From the NCBI RefSeq assembly GCF_044324785.1, contig NZ_CP172127.1: a stretch of DNA of 64,000 bases. One strand, 5' to 3'. The notes beneath the pieces were generated by a model. The model was not told the DNA's origin, did not search any database, and worked only from the letters and a program-made list of their open reading frames with translations. The translations under genes and the position numbers were made by a program. Numbering within the stretch: the first letter of the stretch is position 1; the number at the start of each line of letters is the position of its first letter. This document shows, piece by piece, positions 38,421-47,652 of the stretch. This stretch comes from Escherichia coli (lineage in GTDB: Bacteria > Pseudomonadota > Gammaproteobacteria > Enterobacterales > Enterobacteriaceae).

Positions 38421-40615
38421 AATTTGATAAACCCGCAGGGGAAAACCCGATCGATCAGCTGAAGGTTGTCGGTCGTCCCCATGACCGCATCGACGGACCG
38501 CTGAAAACTACCGGCACGGCACGCTACGCCTACGAATGGTTTGAAGAAGCTCCCAACGCCGCCTATGGCTATATCGTCGGTTCCGCCATTGCCAAAGGAC
38601 GCCTCACCGCCCTCGATACGGACGCCGCGCAAAAAGCGCCGGGCGTACTGGCTGTCATTACCGCCAGTAACGCCGGGGCACTCGGCAAAGGCGACAAAAA
38701 CACCGCCAGCCTGTTAGGCGGCCCCACTATTGAGCACTATCATCAGGCCATTGCGCTGGTAGTGGCCGAGACCTTCGAACAGGCGCGAGCGGCGGCCTCG
38801 CTGGTGCAGGCGCACTATCGCCGTAATAAAGGAGCTTACTCCCTGGCGGACGAGAAACAGGCCGTCAGTCAGCCGCCGGAAGACACGCCCGATAAAAATG
38901 TTGGTGACTTTGACGGGGCTTTCACCTCCGCTGCGGTGAAGATTGATGCTACCTACACGACCCCGGACCAGAGCCATATGGCGATGGAGCCGCATGCCTC
39001 GATGGCCGTCTGGGATGGAAATAAGCTTACCCTCTGGACCTCAAACCAGATGATTGACTGGTGCCGCACCGATCTGGCAAAAACGCTGAAAGTGCCTGTG
39101 GAGAATGTGCGTATTATCTCCCCGTATATCGGCGGAGGGTTTGGCGGCAAGCTGTTCCTGAGAAGCGATGCACTGCTGGCGGCCCTCGCCGCCCGAGCGG
39201 TGAAACGTCCGGTTAAAGTGATGCTCCCCCGTCCCACTATTCCCAATAACACCACGCACCGCCCCGCCACCCTTCAGCACTTGCGTATCGGTGCCGACCA
39301 GAGCGGGAAAATCACTGCTATCTCACATGAAAGCTGGTCCGGAAACCTGCCCGGTGGCACGCCGGAAACGGCGGTACAGCAAAGCGAATTTCTTTACGCA
39401 GGGGCGAATCGTCATACCGGCCTGCGGCTCGCCACGCTTGATTTGCCGGAAGGGAACGCCATGCGTGCGCCCGGCGAAGCCCCCGGTCTGATGGCGCTCG
39501 AAATCGCGATCGATGAACTGGCGGAAAAAGCGGGCATCGATCCCGTCGAGTTTCGCATCCTGAATGACACTCAGGTTGACCCCGCCGATCCGACGCGCCG
39601 CTTCTCTCGCCGTCAGCTTATCGAGTGCTTGCGCACCGGAGCGGATAAATTTGGCTGGAAGCAGCGCAACGCCACACCCGGACAGGTACGCGACGGGGAG
39701 TGGCTAGTCGGCCACGGTGTTGCGGCGGGCTTTCGCAATAATCTGCTGGAAAAATCGGGTGCGCGGGTTCACCTGGAGCAAAACGGCACCGTTACCGTGG
39801 AAACGGACATGACCGATATTGGCACTGGCAGCTACACCATTCTGGCCCAGACGGCAGCGGAAATGCTTGGCGTACCGCTGGAGCAGGTTGCGGTTCACCT
39901 CGGCGATTCCAGTTTCCCGGTTTCTGCGGGGTCTGGTGGACAATGGGGCGCGAATACCTCCACCTCCGGCGTTTACGCCGCCTGTGTGAAGCTTCGCGAA
40001 ATGATTGCCTCGGCAGTCGGGTTTGATCCTGAGCAGTCGCAGTTTGCCGACGGCAAGATTACCAACGGTACCCGAAGCGCCATGCTACATGAGGCCACCG
40101 CAGGCGGCAGACTGACAGCGGAAGAGAGCATTGAATTCGGAACACTGAGCAAGGAGTACCAGCAGTCGACCTTTGCCGGGCATTATGTGGAGGTCGGCGT
40201 GCATAGCGCGACGGGAGAAGTTCGGGTCCGGCGTATGCTCGCTGTGTGTGCTGCAGGACGCATCCTGAATCCGAAAACTGCACGCAGCCAGGTCATTGGC
40301 GCAATGACTATGGGCATGGGCGCGGCACTGATGGAGGAGCTGGCGGTAGATGACCGTTTGGGCTACTTCGTTAATCACGATATGGCGGGGTATGAGGTGC
40401 CGGTCCATGCGGATATCCCAAAACAGGAGGTGATTTTCCTGGATGATACCGACCCCATCTCCTCCCCGATGAAGGCCAAAGGTGTCGGTGAGCTGGGCCT
40501 GTGCGGCGTGAGCGCGGCTATCGCCAACGCGGTGTATAACGCCACCGGTATTCGGGTACGGGATTATCCCATCACTCTGGATAAGCTGCTCGATAAGCTG
40601 CCGGATGTGGTTTAA
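38417..40615 (+). CDS. paoC: aldehyde oxidoreductase molybdopterin subunit PaoC
   Basis: 732 aa, xanthine-dehydrogenase-family Moco subunit (GGGFGGK motif). Confidence 0.9.
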   Translation: MKFDKPAGENPIDQLKVVGRPHDRIDGPLKTTGTARYAYEWFEEAPNAAYGYIVGSAIAKGRLTALDTDAAQKAPGVLAVITASNAGALGKGDKNTASLLGGPTIEHYHQAIALVVAETFEQARAAASLVQAHYRRNKGAYSLADEKQAVSQPPEDTPDKNVGDFDGAFTSAAVKIDATYTTPDQSHMAMEPHASMAVWDGNKLTLWTSNQMIDWCRTDLAKTLKVPVENVRIISPYIGGGFGGKLFLRSDALLAALAARAVKRPVKVMLPRPTIPNNTTHRPATLQHLRIGADQSGKITAISHESWSGNLPGGTPETAVQQSEFLYAGANRHTGLRLATLDLPEGNAMRAPGEAPGLMALEIAIDELAEKAGIDPVEFRILNDTQVDPADPTRRFSRRQLIECLRTGADKFGWKQRNATPGQVRDGEWLVGHGVAAGFRNNLLEKSGARVHLEQNGTVTVETDMTDIGTGSYTILAQTAAEMLGVPLEQVAVHLGDSSFPVSAGSGGQWGANTSTSGVYAACVKLREMIASAVGFDPEQSQFADGKITNGTRSAMLHEATAGGRLTAEESIEFGTLSKEYQQSTFAGHYVEVGVHSATGEVRVRRMLAVCAAGRILNPKTARSQVIGAMTMGMGAALMEELAVDDRLGYFVNHDMAGYEVPVHADIPKQEVIFLDDTDPISSPMKAKGVGELGLCGVSAAIANAVYNATGIRVRDYPITLDKLLDKLPDVV

Positions 40616-40624
40616 GGAGGAACA

Positions 40625-41581
40625 ATGTCATACCCACTTTTTGACAAAGACGAGCACTGGCATAAGCCAGAGCAGGCGTTTCTCACCGATGACCACCGGG
40701 CCATTCTGCGCTTCGCCGTAGAGGCGCTAATGTCCGGTAAAGGAGCGGTGCTGGTGACGCTGGTGGAAATACGCGGCGGCGCGGCGCGCCCGCTCGGTGC
40801 GCAGATGGTGGTGCGCGAAGATGGTCGTTACTGCGGTTTTGTCTCTGGCGGCTGCGTGGAGGCCGCTGCCGCTTTTGAAGCGCTGGAGATGATGGGCTCA
40901 GGCCGCGATCGCGAAATTCGCTATGGCGAAGGTTCGCCGTGGTTTGACATCGTTCTGCCCTGCGGCGGTGGGATCACGCTGACGCTCCATAAACTACGCT
41001 CGGCACAGCCTCTGCTCGCCGTGCTGAACCGCCTGGAACAGAGAAAACCGTCGGGTCTGCGCTACGATCCGCAAGCTCAATCGCTGGTGTGCCTGCCCAC
41101 GCAAACCCGGACGGGCTGGAATCTCAATGGCTTTGAGGTGGGGTTCAGGCCATGCGTCAGGCTGATGATTTACGGACGTTCTCTTGAGGCGCAGGCAACC
41201 GCGAGTCTTGCAGCAGCCACAGGCTATGACAGCCATATCTTCGATCTTTTTCCGGCCTCAGCCAGCGCTCAGATCGATACCGATACGGCGGTCATTTTGC
41301 TGTGCCATGATCTCAACCGGGAGCTGCCAGTGTTGCAGGCCGCGCGAGAAGCAAAACCCTTTTATCTCGGCGCATTGGGCAGCTATCGAACCCACACTTT
41401 ACGTCTGCAAAAGCTCCACGAGCTGGGATGGTCCAGGGAGGAGACAGCGCAAATCCGGGCACCCGTCGGGATATTCCCCAAAGCCCGGGATGCGCATACT
41501 CTGGCACTCTCCGTGCTGGCAGAAGTCGCCTCTGTACGTCTCCATCAGGAGGAGGATTCATGCCTGCCCCCGTCGTCCTGA
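40625..41581 (+). CDS. paoD: XdhC-like molybdenum cofactor insertion chaperone PaoD
   Basis: 318 aa. It is the last gene of paoABCD and carries XdhC/CoxI-like motifs. Confidence 0.85.
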   Translation: MSYPLFDKDEHWHKPEQAFLTDDHRAILRFAVEALMSGKGAVLVTLVEIRGGAARPLGAQMVVREDGRYCGFVSGGCVEAAAAFEALEMMGSGRDREIRYGEGSPWFDIVLPCGGGITLTLHKLRSAQPLLAVLNRLEQRKPSGLRYDPQAQSLVCLPTQTRTGWNLNGFEVGFRPCVRLMIYGRSLEAQATASLAAATGYDSHIFDLFPASASAQIDTDTAVILLCHDLNRELPVLQAAREAKPFYLGALGSYRTHTLRLQKLHELGWSREETAQIRAPVGIFPKARDAHTLALSVLAEVASVRLHQEEDSCLPPSS

Positions 41582-41640
41582 TCCTTGCGGCCGGGCGTGG
41601 GAAGCGCTTTCTCGCCTCCGGGGGAAATACCCATAAATTA
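41560..41640 (+). pseudogene. N-terminal stub of a MobA/MocA-like nucleotidyltransferase
   Basis: ATG 41560 follows GGAGGA and encodes MPAPVVLILAAGRGKRFLASGGNTHKL. This is the typical (L)AAGxGxRF...KL signature, after which similarity stops. It overlaps the paoD 3' end by 22 nt. Confidence 0.5.
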
Positions 41641-41692
41641 AGAGAAAAATCTGCAGTAGCCGTTTTAGAAAATCACCTAAATCGTTTAAAAG

Positions 41693-41716
41693 AGCGCCCA
41701 ACCCATAGTGGGCGCT
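41693..41716 (-). terminator. terminator of the MFS transporter gene
   Basis: Stem agcgccca / tgggcgct. On the minus strand it is followed by a T-run (ctctttt), 45 nt after the stop at 41761. Confidence 0.6.
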
Positions 41717-41760
41717 TATCGCCTTGTGTAACTTATTCAGCAACGCGCGCCCTCGCCGGA

Positions 41761-42954
41761 CTAAAGCGCACCGGCCTTCTGGCGTGCGGTAACAAAGGTC
41801 AGTACGCCAGCGCAAAGGAGCAGCACGCTACTCATAGCAAACGTGCTCTGCCAGCCAAGGCGGTCAAATACGATGCCTCCTGCTGTTGATCCAAGGGCGA
41901 TGGCGAGCTGAATCACCGCGACCATGAGCCCGCCTCCGGCTTCGGCGTTGTCAGGCAACGTACGCGCAATCCATGTCCACCATCCGGTTGGCGCGGCGGT
42001 GGCCAGCATGCCCCAGAGTCCTAACAGCAGCGAGACCGTCCAGACGTGATGCCCGGTAAGCATCAGACCGATAGCAATGACGGCCATCAGTCCGGGTATG
42101 GCCATCAGCGTGGGGTAGAATTTTCTGTTGAGAAATGCCGAAACAACCAGCGTGCCAATAAAACCGGCCACGCCGATAATCAGCAAAATCAACGACAAGC
42201 CTAAGGAATTAACCCGTGTCACCGACTCCAGAAACGGGCGCACATAGGTGAATAGCGCAAACTGCCCCATGAAAAACAGGCCACAAGCTATCATGCCGAC
42301 CACAACCATGCGGCGGCTAAATAAGCGGAATACCGCGCCAAGTGACGTGTGGCTTTTATTCGCATCCATACTGGGCAGGCTGATGCACTGCCAGATAAAG
42401 GCGACAACCGCGATGGGCACCAGGCACAAGAAAGCGCCTCGCCATCCGACCGTAGCCCCCAGATAGCTTCCCAGCGGTGCGGCCACGACCGTCGCCAGCG
42501 CATTACCGGCGTTGAAAATTGCCAGCGCACGCGTGACCTGATGCTGCGGCACCAGACGAATCGCCGTTGCCGCTGACATCGACCAGAATCCGCCAATAGC
42601 CACACCAATCATCGCACGACCGACCATATACATCAGATAACTGGAAGCCAGCGCAATAATAAGCCCCGATACGGCCATCAGAACCGTCATCCCCAGCAGC
42701 AGGAACTTACGATTCATCTTTCCAGCTAGCGTTGAAAGCGTCAGGCTGGTCAGAACCGCCAGCGCGCCGGAGATAGCAATCCCCTGCCCTGCCAGCCCCT
42801 CCGTCACGCCTAAATCGCGGGTAATCGGCGTGAGCAGGCTGACGGGCATAAATTCAGAAGCAATCAGCACAAACACGCACAGGGTCATGGCAAAAATACC
42901 GCCCCAGTATGCGTGCTGATGATGAGGTGATGGTGTTTGGCTTAGTGTCGACAT
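41761..42954 (-). CDS. MFS transporter (DHA1/AraJ-like, 12 TM)
   Basis: 397-aa polytopic ORF with an MFS-like loop motif. No specific substrate can be inferred. Confidence 0.8.
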   Translation of the reverse strand: MSTLSQTPSPHHQHAYWGGIFAMTLCVFVLIASEFMPVSLLTPITRDLGVTEGLAGQGIAISGALAVLTSLTLSTLAGKMNRKFLLLGMTVLMAVSGLIIALASSYLMYMVGRAMIGVAIGGFWSMSAATAIRLVPQHQVTRALAIFNAGNALATVVAAPLGSYLGATVGWRGAFLCLVPIAVVAFIWQCISLPSMDANKSHTSLGAVFRLFSRRMVVVGMIACGLFFMGQFALFTYVRPFLESVTRVNSLGLSLILLIIGVAGFIGTLVVSAFLNRKFYPTLMAIPGLMAVIAIGLMLTGHHVWTVSLLLGLWGMLATAAPTGWWTWIARTLPDNAEAGGGLMVAVIQLAIALGSTAGGIVFDRLGWQSTFAMSSVLLLCAGVLTFVTARQKAGAL

Positions 42955-43029
42955 AGTGAAATTTCACAAAGATCAGGATAAAAGCCACCTGCCATAGACC
43001 GGTGGCTTTGCATCAATTCAGGAGAGGTT

Positions 43030-44166
43030 TTATTTCAGTTTGGTCTGGAAAAATTGCTCGAACTTCGCGAAAGGTATTTTTCCGGCCACGTTATCGTACA
43101 GGTCCACGTGATTTGCCCCTGTTACCACCACCAACTCTTTGTCTTTACTGCCAACCGCCTTGTAAGCATCTTCAGCAAAATAGCGTGAATGTGCTTTCTC
43201 ACCGGTCACAATCAGCGTCGGAATGGTGATTTCACTGGCGTAGCTCAACAGCGGCATATTCATAAATGACAGCGGCATCGTTGCCGTCCACGCCCCGGTA
43301 GAGTTAACGGAACGTTCGTGGAAGCCGCGCGGCATGCGATAGTAGTCAAAGAACTCTTTCAGTACCGGATGAGGATTTGCCGGCAGCGTTTCTGGCAGAA
43401 TACGCTCGCCCGCACTGACCTTGCCGTTGCTGTCGACATTAATATCATGACCACCGTGAGCGAACGTTCCGCTCTGCGCATCCTTCCAGCGCTGTTCATT
43501 CAGATATTGCAGAACAGCACGACGGTCGGCGGTAGAATAACGGTCTTTGCCATCCCCCACACCATGGCCCATCGCCCGGCTCATGTCATACATCACGCTG
43601 GTAGCTACCGCTTTAACGCGGGTATCCATCGCCGCGTCGTTCAGCGCCATGCCGCCCCAGCCACAAATACCGAGCAGCCCGATACGGTTGCGATCTACCT
43701 CTTTTTGCAGCCCTAAGAAATCCACCGCCGCGCTGAAATCTTCAGTGTTGATATCCGGTGAGGCGACGTTTCGCGGATAGCCGCCACTTTCCCCGGTGTA
43801 AGAAGGATCGAACGCCAGGGTAACAAACCCTCGTTCCGCCAGCGTCTGCGCATACAAGCCGCTGGATTGCTCTTTCACCGCGCCAAATGGCCCACTGACC
43901 GCAATCGCCGCCAGCTTGCGATCGCCACGGTCTTTAGGCAGGTAAAGATCGCCCACTAAGGTGATGCCATATCGGTTCGGGAACGAGACTTTACGGTGAT
44001 CGACTTTCTGGCTCTCGGCGAACGTTTTATCCCATTTATCTGTCATGGACACAGGGGCATTAGGATTGGTTGAATCAGCATAACTCATTGTCGTGACTCC
44101 ACTTAATGATGCGAAAAGCAGCATGGTCGGCATCGCGGTTTTTAGCGTTCGGGTGAAGGCTTTCAT
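43030..44166 (-). CDS. secreted alpha/beta-hydrolase-fold protein
   Basis: ATG 44166 follows GGGGA. Signal peptide MKAFTRTLKTAMPTMLLFASLSGVTTMSYA and a nucleophile-elbow-like GICGWGG. Confidence 0.75.
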   Translation of the reverse strand: MKAFTRTLKTAMPTMLLFASLSGVTTMSYADSTNPNAPVSMTDKWDKTFAESQKVDHRKVSFPNRYGITLVGDLYLPKDRGDRKLAAIAVSGPFGAVKEQSSGLYAQTLAERGFVTLAFDPSYTGESGGYPRNVASPDINTEDFSAAVDFLGLQKEVDRNRIGLLGICGWGGMALNDAAMDTRVKAVATSVMYDMSRAMGHGVGDGKDRYSTADRRAVLQYLNEQRWKDAQSGTFAHGGHDINVDSNGKVSAGERILPETLPANPHPVLKEFFDYYRMPRGFHERSVNSTGAWTATMPLSFMNMPLLSYASEITIPTLIVTGEKAHSRYFAEDAYKAVGSKDKELVVVTGANHVDLYDNVAGKIPFAKFEQFFQTKLK

Positions 44167-44352
44167 AAAAATCCCCATAAAAAACAACAGAGAGATACAG
44201 GTTTCCGACGGACAACGCTGCGGTGCTTTACTTTGATGGGGTCATTATAGTGAGCAGAATTAGTGCTGATTAGGGGGCGATTAATGCTAAGATTAATACC
44301 ATATTGTTATAAATTAATGCGGAGATTGCCGGCATGAAGGAGGGATGTTTCA

Positions 44353-45237
44353 ATGGCGAAAAGGGAGAACTATAACGAGCTGTACCTGTTTATGCAGGTG
44401 GTGCGAGAAGGCAGCTTTACCGCAGCGGCTCAGCGGCTGGGTCTTGCTCAGTCAGGAGTCAGCCGTTCTGTTCGCGAGCTTGAAGAAAGGCTGGGCGTCC
44501 AGCTGCTAGTGCGCACCACGCGTAAACTGTCGCTGACACAAGCAGGCGAGCAGCTCTACCAGAAGACGGCATCTGGATTTGAAATGTTAGATCTTGGGCT
44601 TGCCACGCTGGCGCACTATCGAGAGACGCCCTCCGGCACTGTGCGTATCAATGCCAGCCAGCACGCGATTGATAAATGCCTGCTGCCAAAGCTGGCGGTA
44701 TTTAAACAGCGATATCCTGATATCCGGCTTGAACTGATAAATGAGAGCCGGTTCGTCGATATCATCGAGGAAAGATTCGATGCAGGTGTCCGCCTGGGGC
44801 CTGAAGTCGGCCAGGGTATGGTCGCGGTACGCATCACGCCCGATATGGAGATGGCAATTGTGGGGACTCCGGAACATTTTCGTCGCTATGGTTTTCCGCA
44901 AACCCCGGCGGATTTAAAGGCGCATCCCTGTATCGCCTATCAGTTTGCCGACGGCAGCGTATACCAGTGGGAACTCAATCAGGATGATAAAAAAATCACT
45001 CATCGCCCTGAAGGGCAATGGGCCTTATCCGACAGCTATATGGAAGCAGAAGCAGCCCGGCTGGGCCTCGGATTGGCCTATGTTCCTGTTGAACTGGTCG
45101 CGGATGATTTAGAACACGGTAAGCTTATCAGGGTGTTGCAGCGTTACAGCCTGCGAATGGAGGGATTGTTTCTCTATTACCCTCATCGCAACGTCTCCCC
45201 CGCCCTGCGGATGGTCATTGATACATTGAAAATCTGA
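44353..45237 (+). CDS. yagP: LysR-family regulator (full-length counterpart of the K-12 yagP remnant, by position)
   Basis: HTH FTAAAQRLGLAQSGVSRSVRELEERL, 294 aa. It is divergent from the hydrolase/MFS pair. The symbol comes from synteny only. Confidence 0.7.
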   Translation: MAKRENYNELYLFMQVVREGSFTAAAQRLGLAQSGVSRSVRELEERLGVQLLVRTTRKLSLTQAGEQLYQKTASGFEMLDLGLATLAHYRETPSGTVRINASQHAIDKCLLPKLAVFKQRYPDIRLELINESRFVDIIEERFDAGVRLGPEVGQGMVAVRITPDMEMAIVGTPEHFRRYGFPQTPADLKAHPCIAYQFADGSVYQWELNQDDKKITHRPEGQWALSDSYMEAEAARLGLGLAYVPVELVADDLEHGKLIRVLQRYSLRMEGLFLYYPHRNVSPALRMVIDTLKI

Positions 45238-45453
45238 ACGTTAACAACGACCGACTCTTCACTGTGCAAAATTGTGTCAGGTAGTCCCTCTGCGTTCAAT
45301 TCCAGGGTCTGTACACCCTGCTTTGAGCGAGAAAGAGGGGACTATCCAGCAATGGAGATCACCCAAAAGAAAAAACCACCAGGCTCCCTCGACAACCTTC
45401 ATCCGGGCATTTAGCCTCAATCAACATTTTTATATCTGTCAGGTTACTTCATT

Positions 45454-45690
45454 ATGAAAACTGATCATCATCGTTGTTTTTGTTGCAATAGTAGAATACG
45501 CGTATTTATTCCTCCATCTCTATTAATAACGGCAATAAACTGTTCACTTCACTGATATTTAAAATATACATCCTTTTCAAGCTGTTCAGCGGCGTAAGAA
45601 AAAGTATTAATTATGAATTCGACGATTTAACCATTTCTGGCTGATTGGTAATCATCTGTGATTAATGCTGGTCTATTGATTACGCCAGCA
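45454..45690 (+). pseudogene. degenerate paralogous copy of the ykgR ... rpmJ2 3' end ... terminator locus
   Basis: 45457-45573 aligns with 26155-26270 (about 90 percent identity by eye). 45581-45690 aligns with 26961-27070 (about 70-75 percent). The ykgR-like frame has lost 29 nt after ATGAAA. Confidence 0.7.
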
Positions 45691-46600
45691 CCCTCTCTAG
45701 CTTATTCACCGCCGCCACATACTTCGCCGGATTTTTATCTTTCAGCACCGCCAGATTACGTTGCTTCCAGCGAATAGCCGGAAGATGCTGAATTTCAGGA
45801 TAGCGATACCGCGACCAGTCAGGGCTGTTTTGCTTAAAACTGAGCAAGAACTCGCGATCCAGATCCGTAAGATGTGACTTCAACGCCTGCGGCAGCAAAG
45901 TCGTTACTGACAGCAGCGATTCCAGCGACGTTTCCTGCTGAGTCATCCCCGAAAATTCCTGAGCATACAGCGTCGTGATCCGCTCTGTATCCCAGTTTGG
46001 GGCCAGCAACTCGGCAATGGGGCGGGGATGGCCTGCCAGATAACAAAGAAAACCGTCAAAGATCTCCCGCATCAGTCCCGGTTTCTCCAGCATATTCAGC
46101 ACATCAAACAGATCGCGCGGGTGCTGACGATCAAGCGCTGCGCAGATTTTACCGCCATAAAGATCCGCCAGCGAGACGACACTCATGGTGGTGAAGCCAT
46201 ACTCCATTTCCACACGTTCGCACACAGGCATTTCTGCCGGAGGCAACAACAGCCCGCGCCAGACCGGGCTAACCTCGATCTTAATCTTTGCATCAGCGGT
46301 ATTCACAATGATGCGCTTTTCATCCGCTTTATTTTCCTGCCGAATCGCGGTGATCCCCGGTCTGCCGTTCAGCGATGCAGTAATCCTCTTCAAAGCGTCG
46401 TTGATAGCCGCCAGATCAGTATCGCGATCCGCAAAGCTCTTATACGCCAGATCAATATCCACCGACAGACGGGGAAAATCCTGCACAAACAAATTGATTG
46501 CCGTGCCGCCTTTCAACGCGAAACAGGACTCCTTCGCCACATGCGGCAGAGCAGCCATCAACAGCTTAACCTGCCGGGCATAACTATCACGCAGATCCAT
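45680..46600 (-). CDS. AbiEii/AbiGii-family nucleotidyltransferase toxin (type IV TA / abortive infection)
   Basis: Typical DUF1814 N-terminus FALKGGTAINLFVQDFPRLSVDIDLAY. 306 aa. It overlaps the upstream partner by 14 nt. Confidence 0.85.
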   Translation of the reverse strand: MDLRDSYARQVKLLMAALPHVAKESCFALKGGTAINLFVQDFPRLSVDIDLAYKSFADRDTDLAAINDALKRITASLNGRPGITAIRQENKADEKRIIVNTADAKIKIEVSPVWRGLLLPPAEMPVCERVEMEYGFTTMSVVSLADLYGGKICAALDRQHPRDLFDVLNMLEKPGLMREIFDGFLCYLAGHPRPIAELLAPNWDTERITTLYAQEFSGMTQQETSLESLLSVTTLLPQALKSHLTDLDREFLLSFKQNSPDWSRYRYPEIQHLPAIRWKQRNLAVLKDKNPAKYVAAVNKLERVLA

Positions 46601-47390
46601 CTTCGACTCCTTCCGGTTTAAATGCGCGTGGAACAGTAATTTGATAATCCGGCTCCAGCCAGCCGCCGGGTATGATTTGCCGCTTTCCCGTACCTGTTTC
46701 TATACCGCTTTGATCAATATACTGAAAATAAGGGTGTCCATTACGCCGGGCAAGGTAAAGCATCACCCGGTTGGTTTTAACCGAATGACTGGCGCAGAGT
46801 AACGCCTGCAATTTACGCGGGCTGAGAAGATTCATCCCCTGAAACAGAGCATCGGCATGTTCGAACGATATCAACGAAGGAACGCCGCAGGCGATCTCAT
46901 ACGCGGCCAGTTCCGGGGCACTGCCTGCTAACTGCCGGTCGCCAATTTTCAGTTCCGTAGTCAATGACGTTACATCTACGGTAAGCCCCGATGTATACAG
47001 CGTGATAAATGTTGCAGATTGTTCGAAGGCAGCAAACCATCCCGGCAGCTTAACGTAAGCCGGAAGCGCGAGCCAGACCTGCGGCTTACCCGGTTCGGTA
47101 TAGTGCGCATGGCCCTGAAACGCAAGGCTGGTTAGCCCCGCCACCCGAACAGGCTTTTCCCACTGTGTTTGAAGGCAGTAAACCGCGTCTACCCAATCCG
47201 GCTCACGGCCCGTCCGGCAGTACACGCCGTGAGCGATGCGCCTGAGCCAGCCATTTTGAACATAGAGATAAGAAAGCTTACGATCTACGCCGTTGCGGGT
47301 AAGCCATGACTGGAGCAGCACCTGACCGGGTAGCGTATTTTGCATCAACCAGTTTAGATAGTTTGGCAAATGTCGCTCCTGAATAGACAT
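46587..47390 (-). CDS. AbiEi-family antitoxin / transcriptional regulator
   Basis: 267 aa with an N-terminal winged-helix region containing WLRRIAHGVYCRTG. It lies upstream of, and is translationally coupled to, the nucleotidyltransferase. Confidence 0.8.
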   Translation of the reverse strand: MSIQERHLPNYLNWLMQNTLPGQVLLQSWLTRNGVDRKLSYLYVQNGWLRRIAHGVYCRTGREPDWVDAVYCLQTQWEKPVRVAGLTSLAFQGHAHYTEPGKPQVWLALPAYVKLPGWFAAFEQSATFITLYTSGLTVDVTSLTTELKIGDRQLAGSAPELAAYEIACGVPSLISFEHADALFQGMNLLSPRKLQALLCASHSVKTNRVMLYLARRNGHPYFQYIDQSGIETGTGKRQIIPGGWLEPDYQITVPRAFKPEGVEDGSA

Positions 47391-47652
47391 TAGTAGAAAT
47401 ATTTAAACCAGTGTAGGTTCAGGGATACGCCACAGCAAGAAATAGTTTACTTATTCCTCATTTTGTCTACTTAAAATTGACATTGAGAAAAAAATACAAA
47501 CTTACCTACATTCAGGCAAAGTGCGACAAATAGACTCGGTCGGTTTAAAGAGAACGTGTAACATAGATGCAAATCGAATAGACATTGTTGCCAGCCGTTC
47601 CAAGGTTGTGGGGCGCTGCATGGCCTGAGACGTGATAAATACAGGGAACACA

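Noticed and set aside
41428-41889. 153-codon ORF overlapping the paoD end and the MFS gene end.
   Set aside because: Only the 27 residues after the internal ATG 41560 look like a real protein (MobA-like). The rest crosses a terminator and runs antisense into the MFS gene.
47391-47652. AbiEi operator repeats in the abiEi-hsdR divergent region.
   Set aside because: I could see only weak short direct repeats (TTTACTTA / CTACTTA) and no convincing inverted repeat. This is not enough to call a site.
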